Made by a program: the position numbers and the translations under genes. The notes beneath the pieces were generated by a model, which did not search any database, had not been told where the DNA came from, and was given only the letters and a program-made list of their open reading frames with translations. This document shows positions 48,865-58,329 of a stretch of DNA of 64,000 bases, piece by piece. The stretch is from the NCBI GenBank assembly GCA_046484865.1, contig JAWOID010000144.1:32001-96000 (forward strand). The letters run 5' to 3'. The stretch comes from Candidatus Krumholzibacteriia bacterium. GTDB taxonomy: Bacteria; Krumholzibacteriota; Krumholzibacteriia; LZORAL124-64-63. Position 1 is the stretch's first letter. Each line of letters starts with the position of its first letter.

Positions 48865-49683
48865 TTGCCCGCCTGGGCCTTCGTCAGGAACGTCTTCCTC
48901 GAACCCCGCTCGCCCGCCTGTGCCTGGCGCCATCCGCTGCAGGCCGCGCGGGTGGCTGCCGGCGCCACCGGGAACGTGCTGGTCAGCGGCATCGAGCGGG
49001 TGCGGCCGGGCGGCCCGCGCGAATGCCCCGTGTGCGGCTGGCGCGGCCGTCGCTTCCGCGCGTTCCTCTCGGCGGACGAGGTGATCGGAGACAGCATCTG
49101 CCCCGAGTGCGGGTCGTTCGACCGGCACCGGCTGCTGGTCACCGGCGTGAGAGGCGAACTGGGCGCGTGCCCCGGCCGGGGGCCCGAGGTCATGCTCGGG
49201 TTCTCGCTCTCCTCGGCCATGCGCTACCTCCTCGAGCACGAGGGGTTGCGCCGCTGCTACCGTACGGACGCCCAGCTGTCGGACCGCCGGTTCTGCCCCG
49301 ATCTGATCACGGACCTGCGCTGCGCCTGCGTCCGGACCGCCGGCGTCGACTGGCTCTTCTGCAGCCACGTCCTCGAGCACATCGAGGAGCTGGAACCGGC
49401 CGTTGACGAGCTGGCGCGCATGCTGCGGCCCGGAGGGCTGGCCTGGATCCAGGTGCCGCTGCATCCCGGTCTGGAGCGCAGCCGCCGCATCCCGGTCGAC
49501 CCGCACCGGGCGCACGCCCACGCCTGGCAGTTCGGGCTCGATTTCGGCGAATTCCTCGCGCGCGCGGACTGGACGGTTCGCGAGGTGACTGCGGCTGCCG
49601 CGGTGCCGCCGGATCTGCAGCGCCGCCACGGCATCGCCGCGGAGGAGCGCTACTGGATGTGCCGCAAGGGAGATCGGGCTTGA
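48865..49683 (+). CDS. Class I SAM-dependent methyltransferase-like protein with an N-terminal Cys-pair (zinc ribbon) region
   Basis: CPVCG..CPECGSFDRHR; DWLFCSHVLEHI...ELARMLRPGG; TTG start 8 nt after GGAGGA. Confidence 0.7.
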   Translation: MPAWAFVRNVFLEPRSPACAWRHPLQAARVAAGATGNVLVSGIERVRPGGPRECPVCGWRGRRFRAFLSADEVIGDSICPECGSFDRHRLLVTGVRGELGACPGRGPEVMLGFSLSSAMRYLLEHEGLRRCYRTDAQLSDRRFCPDLITDLRCACVRTAGVDWLFCSHVLEHIEELEPAVDELARMLRPGGLAWIQVPLHPGLERSRRIPVDPHRAHAHAWQFGLDFGEFLARADWTVREVTAAAAVPPDLQRRHGIAAEERYWMCRKGDRA

Positions 49684-51620
49684 GCATCTACTGGCGCATG
49701 CTGAAGAGGCTCCGTCCGTACCTGCCGCAGCTGGTGCTCTCGGTGATCTTCACCATGCTCTTCTCGCTGCTCAACAGCGCCATCGTGTTCTCCGTGCAGC
49801 CGCTGCTGCGCGCGCTCTTCGCGACCGAGGAGGTGCTGGACGCCGCCGCCGCGCCGCCGGCGGCAGACGGGGAGCGCGACCTCGGGCTCGGCGCTCCCGC
49901 GGAGGGCTCGCTGCCGGTGATCGGCGAGGACTCCTGGATCCGCGAGCAGTTGCAGCGGCTGCACGCAGCGGCGAACGCGCACCTGCTGGAGGGCAGCCGC
50001 CTCGACGCTCTCTGGCGCATCGTGCAGCTGGCGTTCTTCCTCTTCCTGGCCAAGAACATCACGCAGTACCTGGGTACGGTGCTCATCGTCTGGGTCGGGC
50101 TGCGGGTCATCAAGGACCTGCGGGACGAACTGTACGCGAAGCTCACGCACCTGCCGCTGTCGTTCTACAACCGGTACCGCAGCGGGGAACTCATCAGCCG
50201 GGCGATGAACGACGTGCAGATCGCCAACAACTGCATCCACGTCAGCTTCACGAACCTCGTGCGCGATCCCATCCTCATCGCCACCTTCATGGCAGCCTGC
50301 CTCTACATCTCGTGGAAGCTGACGCTGCTGTCGCTGACCGTGCTGCCGCTGAGCATGCTGGTGATCATCCGCGTCGGGAAGCTGCTGCGGCGCTACAGCC
50401 ACCGCCAGCAGGAGCGACTGGCGGACCTCACCAGCGTCCTGCAGGAGACTGTTTACGGCATCAGGGTGATCAAGGCCTTCGCGATGGAGCGGTTCGAGAC
50501 GCGCAAGTACCTGCAGGAGTCCGACCGCCTGTTCAGCTCGCTCTTCAAGATCGCGCGGGTGCAGCGCATCAGTTCGCCGCTCACGGAGCAACTGTCGGTG
50601 ATCGTGGCGGTGGTGATCCTCTGGCTCGGCGGCCGCCAGGTGCTGGCGGAGGAGACCCTCTCCCCGGACATGTTCCTCACCTACCTGTTCTGTTTGTTCT
50701 CGATGGTCCGCCCGATCAAGGAACTGGGCCAGGTGAACAACGGCATTCAGGAGGGGATGGCCGCCGCTCAGCGCGTGTTCGCGGTGCTGGACGTGCCCGC
50801 CGAGAAGCAGGACGCAGAGGCGGGGACGCCGGTCGACCGCGTGGAGGGGCGGGTGGAATTCGAGAACGTCAGCTTCTCGTACCTGCCCGGGATCCCGGTC
50901 CTGTGCGACATCGACCTGCGGGTGGATCCGGGCGAGATCGTGGCCCTCGTCGGCGGCAGCGGCGCCGGCAAGTCCACGCTGGTGGATCTCATCCCGCGCT
51001 TCTACGAGCCCACCGGCGGCCGCATCCTGGTGGACGGCCGCGACATCGCCGGATTGAGCCTCGCCTCGCTGCGCCGGGCGATGGGGATCGTCACCCAGGA
51101 GGTGATCCTCTTCAACGCCAGCGTGAAGGCCAACATCGCCTACGGCCTCGAGGACGTGGACGATCGGGCGCTCGTCGCCGCTGCGGAGGCCGCCAATGCT
51201 CACGGCTTCATCTCGGAGCTGCCGCGGGGGTACGAGACGTTGATCGGCGACCGCGGCACCCGCCTCTCGGGCGGACAGCGGCAGCGCATCTCGATCGCCC
51301 GGGCCATCCTCAAGAATCCGCCCATCCTCATCCTGGACGAAGCCACCAGCGCCCTGGACACCGAGAGCGAGCAACTCGTCCAGGAGGCGATCGACCGCCT
51401 GGTCCAGAACCGCACGACCTTCGTGATCGCGCACCGCCTGTCCACGATCCAGAACGCCCACCGGATCTACGTGCTCAAGGCCGGGCGGATCGTGGAGGTC
51501 GGCGACCATGTGAGCCTGCTGGCTGCAGGGGGAGTTTACGCCGAACTCTATCACCGCCAGTTTCGGCACGAGGAGGAGGCGCCGCAGTCGCGCACCTCGC
51601 CCGGAGGCGGCTCGCGCTGA
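49680..51620 (+). CDS. ABC exporter, fused permease/ATPase, MsbA-like
   Basis: TM domain, GGSGAGKST, PRFYEP, LSGGQRQRISIARA, ILDEATSALD.ESE..VQ.A, IAHRLSTI; TTG start overlapping the upstream stop. Confidence 0.9.
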   Translation: MSIYWRMLKRLRPYLPQLVLSVIFTMLFSLLNSAIVFSVQPLLRALFATEEVLDAAAAPPAADGERDLGLGAPAEGSLPVIGEDSWIREQLQRLHAAANAHLLEGSRLDALWRIVQLAFFLFLAKNITQYLGTVLIVWVGLRVIKDLRDELYAKLTHLPLSFYNRYRSGELISRAMNDVQIANNCIHVSFTNLVRDPILIATFMAACLYISWKLTLLSLTVLPLSMLVIIRVGKLLRRYSHRQQERLADLTSVLQETVYGIRVIKAFAMERFETRKYLQESDRLFSSLFKIARVQRISSPLTEQLSVIVAVVILWLGGRQVLAEETLSPDMFLTYLFCLFSMVRPIKELGQVNNGIQEGMAAAQRVFAVLDVPAEKQDAEAGTPVDRVEGRVEFENVSFSYLPGIPVLCDIDLRVDPGEIVALVGGSGAGKSTLVDLIPRFYEPTGGRILVDGRDIAGLSLASLRRAMGIVTQEVILFNASVKANIAYGLEDVDDRALVAAAEAANAHGFISELPRGYETLIGDRGTRLSGGQRQRISIARAILKNPPILILDEATSALDTESEQLVQEAIDRLVQNRTTFVIAHRLSTIQNAHRIYVLKAGRIVEVGDHVSLLAAGGVYAELYHRQFRHEEEAPQSRTSPGGGSR

Positions 51621-51853
51621 GGCCGCCGGCCCACGCGGGACGTCGACACCCAACCCCACGGCGCCGCCCCGGGGCAGAAATGTGGAAGTCATTGTCAATG
51701 AATCTATTTACAGACTTGTTTTTCTCTTGATTCTCGCCCCGTCAGGGCTCTTCTTTCCTCTCGTGATGATTTCGTGACGCGTCGCCGATCCGCCCGTCGT
51801 GCAGGTTCGCCATCGCCGCCGGGGCCGCGGCCCGACCCGAGAAGGATGCCACC

Positions 51854-53833
51854 TTGAAGAGTGCCCGCCGATTCCCTTCCCCGACGCTCGCGCTCGCCCC
51901 GGTGCTCGCACTGGCGGCGCTGATGATGGCGGGGTTGCCGGCCTCCGGTGCCGATTTCCCCGATGCCGCCTGTCGCGAGTGCCACACGCGCACGGGGGGC
52001 CATCCCCCCGAGATCGGCATGGCGATGCTCGCGGGCAGCGTTCACGAGTCCCTCTCCTGCACCGACTGCCACGGCGACATCCAGCAGTTGCCCCATGCTC
52101 CGCAACTGGGCGAGGCCGCCTGCGGTTCTTGCCACAGCGACGCGGCGGAGGTGTACGTGCAGCACGGCCGGGCGAAGGTGGCCGAATCGCCGCACGTCCC
52201 CACCTGCGCCGGTTGCCACGGCAGCCACGACATCCTGCCCGCCTCATCCCCGCAATCGCGCATCCATCCCTCCAACCAGGTGGAGACCTGCGGCAGGTGC
52301 CACGAGGACCAGGCGCTGCTGGACCTGGTCGGGATCCGCTTCCGTCATCCGGTGGAGATTTACCGGGGCGGCGTGCACGGCAAGGCCACCGCCGGGGGCA
52401 CCGACGCCGCCGCTTCCTGCAACGATTGCCACTCCACCGGCGGCAGCGCGCACCGGATCCTCTCGCCGGGCAGTCCCGAGTCGACCATCAACTTCTTCAA
52501 CATCCCCAAGACCTGCGGCAAGTGTCACGGCGTCATCGAGCAGGATTACTGGGAGGGGATCCACGGCCAGATGGTGGCCCGGGGCCAGGTGGACAGCCCC
52601 ACCTGCACTCATTGCCACGGCGAGCACAACATCCTGCGGCACGACGATCCGCGCTCGCCGGTGAGCGCGTTCCGGGTGGCCGAGGCCACCTGCACGCCCT
52701 GCCACGAATCGGCGGCGCTCAACGAGAAATACGACCTGCCCACCGGTCGCCTCCAGTCGTTCGTCGACTCCTATCACGGCCTCAAGAGCCGCGCGGGCGA
52801 CCGTACCGTGGCCAATTGCGCCAGTTGCCACCACGCGCACCTGGTCCTGCCCGCCAGCGATCCGCGCTCCTCGGTGAACCCGGACAACCTGCCCACCATG
52901 TGCGGCGAGTGCCATCCCGGCATCTCGCCGGCGATGGCCACCACGCCCATCCACGCCACCGCGACCGGCCACCGCGCCGGCTGGCCGTGGATCGTGCGCA
53001 ACATCTACCTGGTGCTGATCGTGGTGGTCATCGGCGGCATGATCGTGCACTGGCTGATCGATCTCTTCCGCCAGATCATCAACGTCACCCGGGAACCACA
53101 GGTGCATCGCATGGAGCCGGACGAGGTGGTCCAGCACGCGGTGCTGGCCCTGTCGTTCACGCTGCTGGTGGTGACCGGGTTCTCCCTGCGGTTCTACGAT
53201 GCGTTCTGGAGCCGGTGGCTGTTCGGCTGGGACGGCGGCGCCAGCGCCCGGGGCGCCCTGCACCGCGGCTCGGGCATCGTCATGATGCTGGGGGCCGTGT
53301 GGCACCTGCTGTTCCTGGCCACGCCGCGCGGCCGGCGTTTCCTGCGCGACATGCTGCCCCGCGTCGAGGACGTGAAGCAACTCGGCCAGATGATGAAGTT
53401 CAACCTGGGCCGCTCCGCGGAGCATCCGCACTTCGGTCGCTTCTCGTACGTCGAGAAGGCCGAGTACTGGGCTCTGGTGTGGGGGACGGTCATCATGGGG
53501 CTCACCGGCATCGCGCTCTGGTTCGAGAACGCAGTGGTGGTCATCTTCCCCAAGGGCCTGCTGGACGTGATGCTGGTCATCCACTACTACGAGGCCTGGC
53601 TGGCCTTCCTCGCGATCCTCATCTGGCACATGTACGCCACCGTGTTCAGCCCGAAGGTCTACCCGATGAATCCCTCCTGGTTGACCGGGACCATGCCGTA
53701 CCGGATGTTCGTCGAGGAGCACCCGGCCGCCGTGGTGGAGCCGGTGGGCTCGGCGGGGGCGGGGACAGGCCGGGCTACCGAGCGCGGGCAGGCGGACCAT
53801 CCCGACACCGAGCGTACCGCTCAGCGCCGTTGA
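51854..53833 (+). CDS. Multiheme cytochrome c (11 CxxCH) fused to a membrane cytochrome b domain, CbcL-like
   Basis: Signal peptide; CRECH, CTDCH, CGSCH, CAGCH, CGRCH, CNDCH, CGKCH, CTHCH, CTPCH, CASCH, CGECH; then TM helices with QH, LHR, WH, FSYVEKAEYWALVWG, IHYYEAWLA, WHMY. Confidence 0.9.
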   Translation: MKSARRFPSPTLALAPVLALAALMMAGLPASGADFPDAACRECHTRTGGHPPEIGMAMLAGSVHESLSCTDCHGDIQQLPHAPQLGEAACGSCHSDAAEVYVQHGRAKVAESPHVPTCAGCHGSHDILPASSPQSRIHPSNQVETCGRCHEDQALLDLVGIRFRHPVEIYRGGVHGKATAGGTDAAASCNDCHSTGGSAHRILSPGSPESTINFFNIPKTCGKCHGVIEQDYWEGIHGQMVARGQVDSPTCTHCHGEHNILRHDDPRSPVSAFRVAEATCTPCHESAALNEKYDLPTGRLQSFVDSYHGLKSRAGDRTVANCASCHHAHLVLPASDPRSSVNPDNLPTMCGECHPGISPAMATTPIHATATGHRAGWPWIVRNIYLVLIVVVIGGMIVHWLIDLFRQIINVTREPQVHRMEPDEVVQHAVLALSFTLLVVTGFSLRFYDAFWSRWLFGWDGGASARGALHRGSGIVMMLGAVWHLLFLATPRGRRFLRDMLPRVEDVKQLGQMMKFNLGRSAEHPHFGRFSYVEKAEYWALVWGTVIMGLTGIALWFENAVVVIFPKGLLDVMLVIHYYEAWLAFLAILIWHMYATVFSPKVYPMNPSWLTGTMPYRMFVEEHPAAVVEPVGSAGAGTGRATERGQADHPDTERTAQRR

Positions 53834-53987
53834 CGGGGCGTCGCGGCCCCCCGGCGGGGCCGCGATCGCCTCCCTCTCGACGGTTTTCCCTACAGCAACC
53901 GCGGTTCCTCCCGATACCTCCGCCGAGGGAATCCTCCGCCCGTCCGAGGGTGGCGAACTCGACCTCAGCGAGGAGTGGTCCGGGTCC

Positions 53988-56912
53988 ATGCCCGTCATCG
54001 AGCAGGTCCTCTACGGTCACGCTCCCGGCCAGACGCACCGGGCCGTGCTCGCGCGCTCGCCCGGCATCGCGCGCGATGGCCTGGTCGAGATCACCCGATT
54101 CTGCGAGAACTGGGGCGAGGCACCACCCGAGGGGCTCCGCCGCCCCGTCCTCATGTCGTTCCCGCTATGCTCCGGGCTGCCGGACCTGACCGGGCGCCAG
54201 TACGCCGTGATCCGCATCGCCCGCGGCGTGGACCCGCTCCACCATGCGGTGGTCCTGGACGAGGCGGGCTATGCCGCATTCGGCCGCAATCCCTACGTGC
54301 TGGCGCAGGAGCGCATCTTCGCGGACAGGTGGGAGGTCGGGACGTCGGTCGAGCGACGCCGTGTCGCGCAGCAGTCGCTGGCGCCGCTGGTCTCGCCGCT
54401 GCCGTCGGAGGCCGATTGCGGGCTGGTGGACGAGGCGCTGCGCCAGTTGCTGGCCAGCGGCAAGCTGCTGCTGCCGCTGGCGGCGCCCGACGAGCGGAGC
54501 GATCGCCTGCTGGCGCTGCTGGTGCTCGCGATGCCGCTGGCGCTCAAACGCGACCTGCGCTTCGCGAGCTGGGCTCCCGGCGGGGGGAACGCATACGTCC
54601 TGGCGGCCCGCGGCGCCGAGAATGCGCAGCTGGCGAGCTGGTCTCGACTGTTGATGACCATGCCTTCGGGCCGGCTGGCGCCCGTGAACGAGCGGTACGT
54701 CAACGACGTGCGCGAAGCGCTTCTGGCCGGCGACCTGGGGGCGCTCGAGCAGCTGAGCGCGCACGGACACGTCGATCTGGACATCGGTACCGAGGCGCTG
54801 AGGCCCCGTCTGCCCGGCACCGTCACCGCCATGATGCGCGTCGCGCCGCAGCCTCGCGCCCGCGGCGGGCCCGCGCGCGGCTTCCTGGTGAGGCCCGCAG
54901 CCCTCGTCGGGCGCGGGCGCGCCGCCGTGGCGGCTCGCGGAGCCGCGACAGGCGAGCCGTTGACGGAGAACGCCGACCTCCAGGCCGTTCGAGAGCGCCG
55001 CGGAGGTGTCCACGGCCGGCGCAGTGCGCGGCGGACGCGCTTGCTGCTGACGATCGCGACGCTGGCACTGACGATCGCCGGCGGCTGGTGGCTGGTGAAT
55101 CCGGCGCTGGTGGCGGGCCTGGCCCACCGGGGACTGCGGGTGGCCCGCCGCGGCGAGGAAGCCGCCGCCATGACCGGGGTGGACGTGGTCTCGCTGGTCC
55201 GCGAGCTGCAGGCTCGCGGGGGCTCTGCTCGTGGCGGGGGCACCGGCGACGACCGGACGGTGACCGAGCTGCACGAGCGGGCCGCGCGGCCGCTCCGCGC
55301 TGCGGGGCAGCTGCTGGTGGACGACGTGAACGCTTGTCAGGAGGCGGACCTCTCCGCTCCGGCGGCGGTCGACGACCTGCGCGCACTCGCTTACCGGGGA
55401 GCGGTGATCGAGCGCGAGATCATGCGCTTGCAGCTGGCCGGCCGCGCCGTCGCACGGGGGGAAGACTTCGGCGCCGTGGGGTTGCTGCCGGGGCCCGAGC
55501 TGCGCGAGGACTGGGAGCGGGTTCAGCGCCGCGATCCGGCCGGACTGAGCCGTGCCGGCGACGAACTGGACGTGAACGATCTGCTCATGGGCGTCCGTGC
55601 AGCCGCGCGCCAGGCCGCCGCTCTCGCCGACGTCGTCAGCCTCCTGCGCCAGCCGCGGCGGGACGGCGACTGGGAACGGCGCCTCGAGAGCGCCGCCGCC
55701 CGCTTGCCCACCCGCAACTCACCGGCCGTGAGCGCCCATCGTGCGGCCGCTCGGGATCTGGCCCGTCTCAAGCGCGCAGAGCAGGCGGAGGGGTTCGAAC
55801 ATCTGGCGTTCGCGCCAGGCTACGGCGAACTCGCCTGGTTCCCGGCCGCCGTGAAGCGCGTGCTGGGAACCGATCCGGCGGCGGATGCCGAGCGCCGCGC
55901 CCGGGATGGCCAGCCGAGGCTGGCGGTGGCCAGCTGGCGATTCCACGCCGACTTGCTGTGTCTGCCGGAACTGGTGCGTGACGGTGACCAGGTGGCCATG
56001 CTCGCCACGCTGGCCGCGCTCGAGGGCAATCCCGCCGTCCGCTTCGATCCGGGTACCTACCGGGACCACGTGGACCGCAGCCGCCTGGTGCTGGCCGAGG
56101 CCCTCATTCGCCGGGGCGCCGACCCCCAGAGCCTGCCGGAAGCATTCTTCCCCGCCGGGGATCGGACCGCCTGCCTGGAATTCCTCCGCCTGCTGGATTC
56201 CCCGCGCACGGCGGACGAGTGGCAGACCCTCGGCGATCGGGCTGGTCATCCGTTCCTGACGAGGTGGGCGCGCCGCGCCGCCGCGAGCGCCGCTCGCCAG
56301 CGGCAGTCGCGCGCGGCCGAGTTCGACGCCGCCTTCACCGAGGTGATGCGTCTCGCCGGTCTCGTCCAGCAGCGCGTCGCGGACGGAGAGGACTGGGGCG
56401 ATCCGATCGTCGATCTCGGTCCGGCGATCGCCAAGGCTCGCGGCCTCTGGCCCGTCGTCGCGGAGGAACGCACCGCCGCGGCCACGTACCTGCACCACCT
56501 CGAGCGGATGCTCGAGCGGCCCCTGCCCGTGCGCCTGACCGGCTTCACCGTGCAGCTGCCGCCCGGGGCCCTGGCGCAACCGACGCCGCTGGTGCTGGAT
56601 CTGCGCCTGGACGGCGGCGGGAGCCTCCGGAGCGAGCCGTTCCTCGCCGCCCCGGCCACCGGTGGCGACGACGGGTGGCTGGGCACGTGTCCGCTCGACT
56701 GGACGTTCGACCTGCCCCCCGACATGGGCCTGCGCGTCACCGTGCGGCCGGCCTCCGGCGGCGACCCGCTCCTGGAGACCCGCTATCCGGCGCTCCGGGT
56801 GGGTGCGGGCGCGGCGGCTCTCGTCCGCGCACGCGACGCCGGGCACGGCAGTACCGTCTTCCGTGCCGCCGGAGATCCGGGCCTGCTGCTCGACTGGCCG
56901 CCCACTCCCTGA
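53988..56912 (+). CDS. Hypothetical membrane-anchored protein with a GAP1-N/GAP1-M-like N-terminus
   Basis: N-terminus IEQVLYG...AVLARSPG, H.VVL, NPY, LL.LL..AMP..L..DLRFASW; single TM at about aa 350-375; long helical C-terminal part. CDS is clear; family call is tentative. Confidence 0.6.
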   Translation: MPVIEQVLYGHAPGQTHRAVLARSPGIARDGLVEITRFCENWGEAPPEGLRRPVLMSFPLCSGLPDLTGRQYAVIRIARGVDPLHHAVVLDEAGYAAFGRNPYVLAQERIFADRWEVGTSVERRRVAQQSLAPLVSPLPSEADCGLVDEALRQLLASGKLLLPLAAPDERSDRLLALLVLAMPLALKRDLRFASWAPGGGNAYVLAARGAENAQLASWSRLLMTMPSGRLAPVNERYVNDVREALLAGDLGALEQLSAHGHVDLDIGTEALRPRLPGTVTAMMRVAPQPRARGGPARGFLVRPAALVGRGRAAVAARGAATGEPLTENADLQAVRERRGGVHGRRSARRTRLLLTIATLALTIAGGWWLVNPALVAGLAHRGLRVARRGEEAAAMTGVDVVSLVRELQARGGSARGGGTGDDRTVTELHERAARPLRAAGQLLVDDVNACQEADLSAPAAVDDLRALAYRGAVIEREIMRLQLAGRAVARGEDFGAVGLLPGPELREDWERVQRRDPAGLSRAGDELDVNDLLMGVRAAARQAAALADVVSLLRQPRRDGDWERRLESAAARLPTRNSPAVSAHRAAARDLARLKRAEQAEGFEHLAFAPGYGELAWFPAAVKRVLGTDPAADAERRARDGQPRLAVASWRFHADLLCLPELVRDGDQVAMLATLAALEGNPAVRFDPGTYRDHVDRSRLVLAEALIRRGADPQSLPEAFFPAGDRTACLEFLRLLDSPRTADEWQTLGDRAGHPFLTRWARRAAASAARQRQSRAAEFDAAFTEVMRLAGLVQQRVADGEDWGDPIVDLGPAIAKARGLWPVVAEERTAAATYLHHLERMLERPLPVRLTGFTVQLPPGALAQPTPLVLDLRLDGGGSLRSEPFLAAPATGGDDGWLGTCPLDWTFDLPPDMGLRVTVRPASGGDPLLETRYPALRVGAGAAALVRARDAGHGSTVFRAAGDPGLLLDWPPTP

Positions 56913-56920
56913 CGATCCTC

Positions 56921-56946
56921 TGCAACAACGCCCGCTCCGCGGCGTA
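56921..56946 (+). promoter_or_regulatory. Putative ECF-sigma promoter
   Basis: TGCAAC-N16-CGTA, resembling the SigW/SigM-type TGAAAC-N16-CGTA pattern. Confidence 0.5.
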
Positions 56947-56987
56947 TCTCCCGGGTGACGTCGTTTCCACTCGCGGGAGGTCGCACC

Positions 56988-57542
56988 ATGCGCTTGCACG
57001 TTCCTCGCCTTCTGGCCCCGGTCTCGCGCCGCCTCTCTGCGCTGGCGGCCTTGCTGCTCCTGGTCTCGTCGGTTGCGGCGTCCACGCCGGCTGCCGGCGC
57101 CGACACGCCGCGCGACAGTCGCCATCCCCGGGCCACCGTGCTGGTGAGCCGGGCGGACGCCGACACGGTGATCCTGGATCTCGGGGAGATCGACCGGGCC
57201 GTGGAGAACGCCATGGCCGAGGCCCGCGCCGCCCTGGCGGAGCTGGACGACCTGCAACTCCACGTCAGCGTCGGCCGGGACAACCGGCTGCGCGTCGAGA
57301 CCGGCGATGATCTGGTGGAGGTGGACCTGGATGCCCTGTGGGTCCACGTCCGCGACGGGCTGAGCGAGGCCATGGCCGAGCTGGATCGCGAGCTGAGCCG
57401 CGAGTGGTGCACGCGGGCGGCGGATCGGGCTGGAGCCTCCTCGCTGGAGGCGGACGAGGATCTGCGCGCCGAGCTGCGCCAGCTGAAGCGTGAACTGCGC
57501 CAGCTGCGGCGCGATCTGCGCGAGTCGCGCCGGGACCGCTGA
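56988..57542 (+). CDS. Hypothetical secreted protein with a C-terminal coiled coil
   Basis: GGAGG RBS, signal peptide, LRAELRQLKRELRQLRRDL tail. Confidence 0.7.
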   Translation: MRLHVPRLLAPVSRRLSALAALLLLVSSVAASTPAAGADTPRDSRHPRATVLVSRADADTVILDLGEIDRAVENAMAEARAALAELDDLQLHVSVGRDNRLRVETGDDLVEVDLDALWVHVRDGLSEAMAELDRELSREWCTRAADRAGASSLEADEDLRAELRQLKRELRQLRRDLRESRRDR

Positions 57543-57560
57543 TGCCGGCCCGGCGGACGC

Positions 57561-58283
57561 TCAGCCGGTGCCGGTGCCCGGGCGCGCCGTTCGGGCGGTG
57601 AACGGCAGCTCGATCAGTTCGGGCGTGGTCTCGATGATCCAGTCGGCCGTGTCCAGCTCGCCGTCCTCGCCGAAGCCGTAGCGACAGCCCACGGTGCGCG
57701 CGCCTGCGGCGTGGCCGGCCTGGACGTCGTGGACGCGGTCACCGATGACCACCGCACTGCCGAAACCATGGGACAGGTGCCGGATCATCCCTTCCTTGTC
57801 CCGGGCCAGGCGCCAGCGCACCGCCGCCTCGAGCGACAGCATGCGCGTGAAGAAGCGATCGAGGCGGTGGGCCCGCACGACCGCCTCGAAGTAGGGGCTG
57901 GTGGCGTTCGAGAAGAGGAACAGCCGGTGACCGCGTTCCGCCAGCGTCTCCAGGGTCTCCTCGACTCCCGGATACAGGTCGGTATCGCCGCGGTCCAGGG
58001 CGGCGACCTCGGCGCGCACCGAACGCACCTCGAACTCGCAGGAGAAGGCGTCCCGCTGCTCCTGGGGCACCGTTGCCGGATCGAACGCCACGCGAAAGAA
58101 CGCGGATGACGGCAACCCCATGGCCAGGGCGATCCGCTCCGGGTCCGGTCGCGGCACCGGCAGGTAGAAGTGTCGGTAGGTTTCAGCGAGCCCTTCGGCC
58201 ACGGCGTCGACGACGGCGCGGCGGGCGTCCACGAGCGTTCCGTCGGTGTCGAACATCAGTGCGACGTCGGCGGCAGCGTGCAT
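57561..58283 (-). CDS. HAD-superfamily hydrolase (phosphoglycolate-phosphatase-like)
   Basis: Motif I FDTDGTLVD, LYPGVEETL, LFSN, motif IV IGDRVHDVQAG..AG, YGFG. Confidence 0.88.
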   Translation of the reverse strand: MHAAADVALMFDTDGTLVDARRAVVDAVAEGLAETYRHFYLPVPRPDPERIALAMGLPSSAFFRVAFDPATVPQEQRDAFSCEFEVRSVRAEVAALDRGDTDLYPGVEETLETLAERGHRLFLFSNATSPYFEAVVRAHRLDRFFTRMLSLEAAVRWRLARDKEGMIRHLSHGFGSAVVIGDRVHDVQAGHAAGARTVGCRYGFGEDGELDTADWIIETTPELIELPFTARTARPGTGTG

Positions 58284-58329
58284 GGTTCCCTCGCATCCTT
58301 CCGTGTGTCCGCCCCCGCCGGGCGACGGC

